The notes beneath the pieces are model-generated. The model searched no databases and had not been told where the DNA came from. It was given only the letters and a program-made list of their open reading frames with translations. Shown here in pieces: positions 54,250 to 64,000 of a DNA stretch of 64,000 nucleotides. Location of the stretch: assembly GCA_951406725.2 (NCBI GenBank), contig OX597823.1, positions 7,626,001-7,690,000 on the forward strand, given 5' to 3'. Numbering within the stretch: position 1 is the first letter of the stretch; each line of letters opens with the position of its first letter. The DNA is from Octopus vulgaris. Taxonomy: Eukaryota. The position numbers and the translations under genes are program-made.

Positions 54250-55249
54250 ATTGAATTTTACTTCTTGTTTAATTCTTTCTGTTGAATACAAGTTTCCATG
54301 CAAGTTTTCTCTTCCTTTTGTCCTATATTTTTCTTATTTGATGCTGAGTTTTATTTTTGTTGTATTCTTGCAGTTATTTTTGCCTTGTGGTATTTATTTT
54401 AGGAACTGTTCATAATATAGTTGTAGAATGTATGTACCACTTATGTCTATGTTGGGAATTGTGAACGTCTTCCTACATTTTGCTGCAACTGTTAATTTGG
54501 TTGTAAGTCACAGTCGATCCCCTTCAAGAGTGACATGCCTAAATCCACTCCACTTACCCCACTCATGCTTTTTCTCCTTTATCTTTATTTCTTTTAATTA
54601 TTTCCTTCTCTTGTCCTTTAATTTTCTGTAAATTCCTTTACTTGGTCGCTCATCATTCTTGTTCTTTGAAAATTTATCAACTTTCATTTGTTAATTTATG
54701 ACTCACTATATGCTGATACTCAAGTTTCAATTATCATTTTTATTTTTTCAACAGACAACTGTCTGGTACTATAAAATAAAGGTTCCAAATTCACTAATAA
54801 CCTCATTTAGTGCAATTAAGTTAATCTGTCTTCAATACAGTCCTACACTATTTCTCACATACATATCAGAAGGTTATCTGCCTCTCTATATTTATGCAAG
54901 CTCCTCCCTCATATATATATCATAACTCACCAGATATCAGTTGTATTACTTTTTTTACCTTTGTCTGAGCAGATGAATATAGATCACATGTAATATGATA
55001 TTATATTATGCCACAATCATTTATATTCAGGTTGTGTCTGAACCATGTATTGTTGAAACAATCATAATAAAGGAATAAATGTAATACCATCACCTCCATT
55101 ATATACATACATATATATATATAAGTAGGTGAATGAATTATCCTATGTTTATCATCAGCATGGAAACATATGTCGAGAGTAAAGGAATTTTGTTAACATC
55201 TTCGTTCGACTCCATTCTTTCATTTATTCATATATATATATATATATAT

Positions 55250-56268
55250 CATCATCATCATCATCGTTTAACATCCGCTTTCCATGCTAGCATGGGTTGG
55301 ACAGTTCAACTGGGGTCTGGGAAGCCCGAAGGCTGCACCAGGCCAGTCAGATGTGGCAGTGTTTCTACAGCTGGATGCCCTTCCTAACGCCAACCACTCC
55401 GAGAATGTAGTGGGTGATTTTATGTGCCACCGACACAGGTGCCAGACGAGGCTGGCAGACGGCCACGCTCGGATGGTGTTTTTTATGTGCCACCGACACA
55501 GGTGCCAGACAAGGCTGGCAGACGGCCACGCTCGGATGGTGTTTTCTTATGTGTCACCGACACAGGTGCCAGACGAGGCTGGCGGACGGCCACGCTCGGA
55601 TGGTGTTTGTTACGTGCCCTCAGCACGGAGGCCAGTCATTGCGGTACTGGCTACGGTCACGTTCGGATGGTTTTCTTATGTGCCACCGGCACTGGTACCA
55701 CAAGGATACAAATTCCATTGATGTTCATCTATTTTGATTTGGTTCGATTTGATTCGATATGATTCGATTCTCACTTGCCTCAACAGGTCTTCACAAGTGT
55801 CACAAGAAGGAAGGTATGCACAGGTGGACTGACTACGTCCCAGGTAGGGGCCACGGATTATGGCTTCACTAGTCTTGCCGGGTCTTCTCACGCACAGCAT
55901 ACTTCCATAGGTCTCGGTCTCTAGTCATTTCCATGGTGAGACCTAACGTCCGAAGGTCGTGCTTCACCACCTCGTCCCAGGTTTTCCTGGGTCTACCTCT
56001 TCCACGGGTTCCCTCAACTGCTAGGGATTGGCACTTTCTCACACACCTATCTTCATCCATTCTCGCCACATGACCATACCAGCGCAATCGTCTCTCTTGC
56101 ACACAACAACTGATGCTTCTTAGGTACCTGGATACAGCATACATCCACACGTCTCCGTTCAAGCAGCTCTACAATCTCTCCAGACCTACCTTTCAATGTG
56201 CCAACGTTGAGCGTGCCAACTCTGAGGGTTTGGGAGGTGTGGGCATCAGAGACCCTGGGACGAGGGAC
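55250..56268 (-). mobile_element. Internally deleted (bipartite) RTE LINE
   Basis: APE N-terminus LRVGTLNVGTLKGRSGEIVELLERRRVDVCCIQ fused to the ORF C-terminus RRLRWYGHVARM...GRGRPRKTW..., then a 3' UTR with three 63-nt tandem units and a (GAT)n tail. Confidence 0.85.
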
Positions 56269-56981
56269 ATATATATATATATATATATAATATGTGTGTG
56301 TGTGTGCACACACATACATTAGAGAGAGAGAGGTGGGGTTATACATGTTTATATATTTCTGAAGATACCTATATCTATATATCATCATTTTAACATCCAC
56401 TTTTCCACGTTTGCATGGGCCAGATGAAATTCATTGAAGCAGGTTGTCTATAGCCAGATGCCCTTCCTGTCACCAATGCACATCCATTCCCAATAAGGGT
56501 AGTATTTCTCCACGGCAGGGCATCTTTTCATGTAGATATATGTGTGTGTGTGTATGCATGCATTCCTGTGTCAATATATGTATATGTACACACGCACATA
56601 ATTTTAGAGAGAGGTTTAGATTTAAAGGCAACGACAAAAAATCATATTTAGTAAAGCATTGTATTTCTGTGTATCCAAAGGAAAATTATGAGAAGGATTC
56701 ATATTATATCCTGATTTTCATTTGGTTAGAATCTACAGTTACTTAGTCACAGAGTACATTTAGAAAGATAGACCAAACAAGAGTTTGTTTATATAATATT
56801 TAGTTATATCATCTTACATATATAGAGAAATAGAAGCTGTTATCTTTAGTTGAAAATCTTTAGTGAAAAAAATCTTTGGGAAAATGACACGAGTTATTAG
56901 TTGTTCCATTTCTGCAACAACATCTTCTAACATTTCTTTTCTAGTCATATTGTTGTATTTAATTTATAATTTTTGTTTCAG

Positions 56982-57100
56982 ATGAAATTCCTGTTAGAGG
57001 TTTTATAGGGCATCTCGAAGAGGGAGGCTTTCTACCACACCATCATAAAATATATTTATGGGCTCATTTGCACTTCAATATAGAATACAATGGGAATCAG
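56982..57100 (+). CDS. TM9SF1: TM9SF1 coding exon D ([40 protein letters not shown])
   Basis: tttcag acceptor and gtgagt donor, 119 nt, phase 1-0, joins exon C in frame; matches [32 protein letters not shown]. Confidence 0.95.
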
Positions 57101-59264
57101 GTGAGTTTTGTTTTCTTAGATAACAGAATTTTTATCATGTTAACAACAAAATTACATTTAAAGTAATTCTTTTACATAGCAGCATTTGCATCCTCTGATA
57201 GACTGTGGAAGTACAAATGCCCAACCGTAACTGTTTGACAGAAGTTTTATAATTCTTTTCGGTTTCCTACAGACTAAAGAATTTTTTATTCTCTGAGGAC
57301 AGTTTATAGTAAACAAAAGCTAAACCAGAAAATGCTTTTGCTCTCAGAAGTTCCCAAATTAATAAAAAAAAAAGAAAACCATTAAAGTATTGCACTCCAC
57401 ACATGAACTATATCCCAAAATACCAAAGTTCCTACACTATTCAGCTCTGTGCCTCTTCTACCAAAGTGTTCCTTTGAACAATGAATTTGTATCTAATCCA
57501 ATTTGATATAGTTAAACCCAAAAATCATTTCATATGCTTGTGTCACTTATGTTACATTCTCCAAAATCTTATCAATTTACCTTGAAACTCTTATGAAATA
57601 CTTTGTGTAACCTTAATCAAAACTGCACTCATGTTTTCACTCCAAGTGTTACTGTGGAACAGTTATTGACTCTAGAACTGTTGAAATAACTATGTTACCT
57701 TACATATTAATATCTGTGTCTATTCTGACCCTGACAGCTTATTAATGTGCCATACTACTGTATATGACAATTAAGAGATTCTCTTTCTATTAGATGAATG
57801 TTGACTTCATTGTTAAGTTCGGAAAGTTACATGTACTTCTCAGTCTTTCTTAGGATGACTAAATAAAAAAGAAATGCACTTCCTATTATTTATGTTTCTT
57901 TGAATGCATAAAAAACTACCTACACTGTTTTTTTGTTGTTTTTTTTAGTTAATGTTTTTCACACCAAAATTTTTGTTTTCTCTTTTCACTGAAAGTTAGA
58001 AGAAATAATTTAATAATAATAATAATAAATAACTACAACACAACATAATAATTTATAAATCATAGTTACAGAATAAATTTAAATTAACTATTTTTATACT
58101 CGAATACAATATAATTTAAATACACCTTATATATGTATATAATATAAAACTTGTATAACTCAATATCCTAAAATATTATACCTAATAACAAATAATAATA
58201 ATAATAAATAACTACAACACAATTCTAATAGGTGGAAAGCATATGATTGATAAACTCAGTCACAATAGAGCAGAAAGACTTATATATCTTGAGAGTAATG
58301 AAAGAAACTTTTATTTTTAAACTAAGAAATAAGAAAGTACCAATGTATTACCATAAAGCATGTCCAATGTAACCTTTATAGTGACCAAAGGAAATGGGTA
58401 TTGTTAACTGCACCTTGTAATAATCAGTTGTTAAATGTTTTATGTTATTATACAATAAATTAAAGAATTGATATTGATGATGTATTTCACGATTTCATCT
58501 GAAATATTGAAATTCCTAATTTCAATTCACTTGGCTTTTTTTTACGAGATTCTTCAATTTCATAATTACCAGGAATTAAATATTGGAAGTTAACACATTA
58601 TTTTTGTATTTTGTTAAAAAAATTAAATGGCTAATTTCTTACTATTTTCTTTTACATTTTCAATGTTTTTGAAAATATAAAAATTTGGACTTGATAATCT
58701 TTATTTGACATGTAATATGAGTGAGATGAATTAACCATTTCAAAAAATTAGTGCCTGTACACTTAGAAAACTTTGACCTAACTATGGCTTACCAATACTG
58801 GGTAGAAAGTATTGTCTTTAGGATAGTGGAAGGGGAATGTAAGTAGCAAAAGGGACTGATTGATAGATAAGAAAGAACTAATACATCAATGCTTATGTTG
58901 ATTTTAAATCTAGCCATTTATATGCAGGTAACCAGTGTAGCTTCATAAATTATAAATGCATGCGTCTTCATAAAATAACACTCAACTTACTTGTAAATTT
59001 CAGAATAAGTCGCAAAGAGGTCAGGGAAAAATCTTTTTACAATGTTTGTATGACAATGTTTGTTACTCATGGTATTTAATTTATTGCTAATATATTTTTC
59101 CCAACTTTTTGAGTTTTTTTTAGTTTTTATAATGTAATTATTTAATAACTACACATATGCAATATTATTTTTAGCACAAATTACTACTTACATTTGAAAA
59201 ACTAATCTTTTCTGCAATACTGCCAATTTTCACATTAACCTGACCACAAATTGAGGATCTTTAC

Positions 59265-59962
59265 TTTTTGACCGACAGATTTAAAAAATAATTTTTAGTA
59301 ACTAAACACTTTCAAACTTCGTATACTGGTAGAATGTGTCACATAAAACATCTTTCACTCTTGGCGTTGTTGAAAAAATTCTGTATTTTGGAAGTTATTT
59401 TTTGTTAAAGTTGTCGTATTTTGGTCATTTCAACCAATCAATGACGTCTGTTGAGGTGAATACAATTACTACTGTTGTTTGTCAACAACAACTTCCGGCG
59501 GTGAATATTTCGTTATTTATGACATATTTCATCTCAGTTACGTTTGTATGAATAAACGAGTGTATCTGAAGCATGTTTACTTCATGGCACCACCATAATC
59601 GTTCATGCTTCATTTTTCATGTTTTTCCGTAACTCTAACCCTAAAACCCTATTCCTAAAACCCTAAAGCTAAAACCAGTGCAAATGCACGAACAATGTTA
59701 TAAATAACAGTGACAAACGAAATATACACCGCCGATAGATGTTGATAAACAACAGCAGTAATTTTATTCAGCTGAATACACGTCATTGATTGGTTGAAAT
59801 TACCGAAATACAACAAATTTAACAAAAAATAACTTCCAAAATACAGAATTTTCTCAACAATGCCATGAGTGAAAGATGTTTTATATGACACATTCTACCA
59901 GTATACGAAGTCTGAAAGTGTTTAGTTACAAAAAATTATTTTTTTAAATCTATCAGTCAAAA
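59265..59962. mobile_element. Foldback / non-autonomous TIR element with ~250-nt inverted arms
   Basis: Arms at about 59265-59515 and 59715-59962; the mirror-image ORFs 59336+ and 59891- reflect the symmetry. Confidence 0.85.
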
Positions 59963-60135
59963 TTGACACTGTAAGTATTTAAATAAACAAACCAAAGTTT
60001 AGGCATTTTCTGCTCGATCCTCAAAGGACTGGGCTTTTGACTTATAAATTTTTTGCAGGGTATGATTTTAATTACCAGTATTAATATAGATTTTACTAAT
60101 ATTTGAAATAATCATTTTCTTTTTATCATTTTTAG

Positions 60136-60245
60136 ATAATATTTGCGAATGTCTCAACAAAGGAACAGCTTCCTATAAGTTTGGATGAGGTTTCAGCACC
60201 TTATCTTGTTGCATTTACATACAGTGTTAAATGGCATCAAACAAA
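60136..60245 (+). CDS. TM9SF1: TM9SF1 coding exon E (IIFANVSTKEQLPISLDEVSAPYLVAFTYSVKWHQT)
   Basis: ttttag acceptor and gtaagt donor, 110 nt, phase 0-2; IIFANVS and TYSVxW motifs. Confidence 0.95.
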
Positions 60246-60948
60246 GTAAGTTTCTTTCTGTAAAATAAATATTCATGTATGTAATCTTAATAACATACAA
60301 CTAAGTCATTACTTGAAACAAAACAAATCTACAATATAAGGAATATAGTTTTCATGAATAGACTTACACATTTACAAACCTTCTCAATTAATTACATTCA
60401 TACATGTATATGCAATATCTATTTCCTTTTCCTTAACATCTTCATTATTGTCTCATTTCATTAGACTTAATTATGTATTCATGGTGTATGACACAAATAT
60501 TCAGTATCTCTCTTTTAATTCAATATATTTCTTAATTTATATTCCATTTACATAAACAGGCATCTTCGCATACAGGTTTTAAAATTATATTTTTGACATA
60601 TTAAAGATTGGTAATTGCACAGGCATAGTTTCAGGTTCAGTCCCACTGAATAGCACCTTGGGTAAATGTCTTCTACTATGGCCTCAGGCCAACCAAAGCC
60701 TAGTGAGTGGATTTGGTAGGCAGAAACTGAAAGAAGCCCATCATATACGTGTGTGTGTATGTATATATATATATATACGCACACACACACTTTTTCACTT
60801 TTGGGGCAGCAGGATCTTTGATCTATTTCACAAATTTTTACCCATAAAGTATTAACAATTTTGTGGGCATTTGGTTTAATACATTTTCTCCCTTTCCCAT
60901 CAAACAGAAAACAGAGCTAGTTCATGAATGAACAATGTGTGGGTGTAG

Positions 60949-60997
<49 letters not shown>

Positions 60998-60999
<2 letters not shown>

Positions 61000-61150
61000 T
61001 GCTGATGTGGTTCTGTGGTAAGATGTTTGCTTTCCACCTACATGGTTCCAGGTTCAGTACCATTGTATGACACCTTGGGCAAGTGTCTTTTTCTCTTTCC
61101 TCAAGCAAACCAAGGCCTTGAGAGTGGATTTGGAAACTAAAAGAAGCCTG

Positions 61151-61186
<36 letters not shown>

Positions 61187-61396
61187 CTTTGTATCTGTTT
61201 GTCCCTCACCACCACATGACAACTGGTGTTAGTGTGTTTATGCCCCTGTAACTTAGTGGTTCAGCAAAAGAGACCAATAGAATAAGTAACAGGCTTTAAA
61301 AATATTAAGTGTTGGGGGTCTATTTGTTTGACTAAAATTCTTCAAGGCAATACCCTAGCATGGCTGCAATCTAACGACTGAAACAAGTAAAAGATA
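60998..61396 (+). mobile_element. SINE family B immediately upstream of exon F
   Basis: Head-to-tail match to the family; a partial copy also lies at about 60625-60750. Confidence 0.82.
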
Positions 61397-61450
61397 GATG
61401 ATATGTATGTACATTTTTTTAATAAACATTTTCTTTTCTTTTTATTTCAG

Positions 61451-61514
61451 TGTAGCTTATGCAGATCGTGGCAGAAGATTAAGAGATAACAGTTTCTTCC
61501 CTAAATCTTTGGAA
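61451..61514 (+). CDS. TM9SF1: TM9SF1 coding exon F (NVAYADRGRRLRDNSFFPKSLE)
   Basis: tttcag acceptor and gtaagt donor, 64 nt, phase 2-0; ends at FFPxxLE just before the IHW start of TM1, so the gene continues beyond the window. Confidence 0.93.
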
Positions 61515-62747
61515 GTAAGTATAAATATTTGTTTTCTAACCACATGCTTTTCATCTTTTAAATATCCATTGTATTTATCTTTTTTATAATTTCATGTCTA
61601 TATACATGTATATGTGTGTGTGTACAACCTTCAACAAAGTAACAGTTATGTATACAACTTGAACAGACACATATCAGTACATAAACATACGTTCACATGT
61701 ACATATACATAGACACGTCTACACACTCTCCTAAATACTCACATACATACTTAAGTACATACATACATACATACATACTTACATACGTATAGGCATGCAC
61801 ACATGCATACGCATGTACACATATGCATATGCACATACATGTACACACACTCATACATATGCACATATATGCATACATACACACATACATGCGTACATAT
61901 ATATATATATTATGAACTAACTGTTACTTTCTCAGATGCAACACGAAATTTTGTCAGTGAATAGGTCGCGGTCTCAAAGCAACGAAAATATTTTGATAAA
62001 TTTAAATGTTGAAGTGAATCTAACGGTTATTGTGTGTTTCATAAATGGCTTATAAACACCTTCCATGCTGCAATTGTTTTCGTTCCAGCACACGATCTCA
62101 GATCAGGTCACTTGCTATGCAAGTACATCTCTGTAGTTTGAATTTAATATTTAAAAATATCATTTGTTTGTATGTTTTACTCTGAAATCTGACTCTTATT
62201 AAAAACTACATTTTAATATTGGTTTCAAACTTTGGCACGAGGCCAGGATTTCAAGATAGGGTGTAAGTCAATTACATTGACCCCTGTGCTCATTTGCTAC
62301 TCATCTTATCAGCCCTGAAAGGATGAAAGGTAATGTCAACCTTGGTGGAATTTTAACTCAAACTGATATTTTAATATTCCTATCATTTTGATTTAAAATT
62401 AAAATTACATACCCTTCCATTTATTTATCAAGCATTGTATAAATTAAAAATGGAAATAAAAATGAGACAGATGTGAAGCTTTATTCTATTTAGTGTAAGT
62501 GAATGGAATGGAAAAATCTTTTGAATATTCTTTTGATTGCCTCTTGTGTTTGCATCTATATCAACCACAAACTTTTGCTTTTTAGAAGAAATGTGAATTC
62601 TTTATTCCTTTTGAAATTAGTCTGCAAATAAACTTGAAGTAGTTGACTTTGAATTCTGATATGGTAGTGTATTCTCTGTATAGAAAAACATGAAGTATAT
62701 AATATTTGGAACAAAAAATAATTATGACTACAGATGAAAAGGAAAAC

Positions 62748-62782
<35 letters not shown>

Positions 62783-62789
62783 TATTTTC

Positions 62790-63182
62790 TTTTATTCTTT
62801 TACTTGTTTCAGTCATTTGACTGTGGCCAGGCTGGAGTACTACCTTTAGTTGAGCAAATCAATCCCAGGACTTACTCTTTGTAAGCTTAGTACTTATTCT
62901 ATCGGTCTCTTTTGCCGAACCACTAAGTTACAAGAGCATAATAAACACACCATCATCGGCTGCTAAGCAATGATGGGAGACAAACAATCAAACATACATA
63001 CATACATACATATATATATACATACGATGAACTACTTTCAGTTTCCATCGACCAAATCCACTCACAAGGCTTTGGTCAGCCTGAGACTATAGTAGAAGAC
63101 ACTTGCCCAAGGTGCCACGCAATGGGACTGAACCCAGAACCATGTGGTTGGAAAGCAAGCTTCTTACCACACAGTCACTCTT
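62790..63182 (-). mobile_element. SINE family B downstream of exon F
   Basis: Reverse-complement full-length copy. Confidence 0.85.
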
Positions 63183-63211
63183 GCACATATATATATATAT
63201 ATATATATATG

Positions 63212-63476
63212 TAAAAAAATACAAACTGGGACAAGAACGCAAAACATTTAGAAGACGATACAAAAAACACGGACAGGACATTCGAAGCCTTCAATCTTCA
63301 GTCGAGAACCGGATCATCCTCACAATTTCGGCTGATTAATCTTGCGATTGCTCCGGTCTGGCCAGCCCGAAAGGAAAATCTAAGCCAAGCGCATTAGATT
63401 CCTTGGAAGAAAGCCTCGAATGTATACAAAACAAGGACGGAAAACGGACGATGTTACACAAATGAGAATACAAAAA
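63212..63476 (-). mobile_element. (TA)n-flanked ~265-nt element with a highly structured hammerhead-like core
   Basis: TA repeats on both sides, U-rich flanks on the - strand, 144-nt core closed by a 14-bp helix. Confidence 0.75.
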
Positions 63477-63550
63477 TATATACATATATATATATATATA
63501 TCAATATATGTATCAAATGAAATAAATGAAAAACAGGACACAGAAGATGT

Positions 63551-63645
63551 TGTGGTACATATGTTTTGAGCTTTATAGAACACCTTATTCTTACATCAAT
63601 GCATAATCGACATAACAGATAGTTCAAAAGCCCTCTTCAGCCGCA
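63551..63645 (-). ncRNA. Degenerate type I hammerhead with a long stem II insert, in a TA-flanked element at about 63500-63940
   Basis: tgcgg-CTGAAGA-gggcttt...aaagctc-aAAA-catatg-TA-ccaca; G12 changed to A at a CpG; palindromic ACATATGT stem III. Confidence 0.65.
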
Positions 63646-64000
63646 TGCAATTGCTACACCAAAGACTTGTATCACATTATGAAAGGTTTCAGAAAAAACA
63701 TTTGGTATTGTTTATAATGGTTGGTAAACCGAGTATCACTGGGAAAGTATGTTTGTAAATCTTCATAGGTGTACATGGTATTATTAGACTCCAAAACAAA
63801 TCGTCTATACTGTTTTCTCACTCAATATAGAATGAATACTGGGTAGGTTCCTTCATGTAAGGGAAGGAATTGGATGTTAAGAGAAAGAGAGAAAGGAGGG
63901 GAAGGGGAGGAAACGTTAATCAAGTTGGGATCACAAAAAAATATATATATAAATATAAATGTAATTATAAGGGATAATAAGATATAAAATATACAAAAAA

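Noticed and set aside
54957-55075. Hammerhead-like relic cctttgt-CTGAGCAG...GAAACAATC...ataaagg on the + strand
   Set aside because: Core and stems are too decayed to call; at most a fossil
55420-55620. Regularly spaced repeats resembling a CRISPR array
   Set aside because: Contiguous 63-nt tandem units with no unique spacers, inside a eukaryotic LINE 3' UTR

Overview
AT-rich, repeat-dense animal genomic DNA. The SINE and microsatellite landscape suggests an octopus or other coleoid cephalopod (inference). The window holds six consecutive + strand coding exons of a TM9SF1 (nonaspanin) gene, covering the lumenal N-terminal domain with all splice phases compatible. The start exon and the transmembrane exons were not found here. 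Intron 3 of this series is about 40.8 kb and contains a 100-N assembly gap. Non-exonic DNA is full of two tRNA-derived SINE families, RTE LINE pieces, non-autonomous Helitrons, TTAA MITEs, hATm, mariner, CR1-like, R4-like and Penelope-like remnants, and several long foldbacks. Several short elements sitting in (TA)n tracts carry hammerhead-ribozyme motifs. The most unusual signal is one such family (63279-63422 and 21461-21529, - strand). It contains every hammerhead core element and all three stems, but in a non-canonical pseudoknotted strand order, and one copy is truncated at the predicted cleavage site. All structures were folded by eye and are untested.
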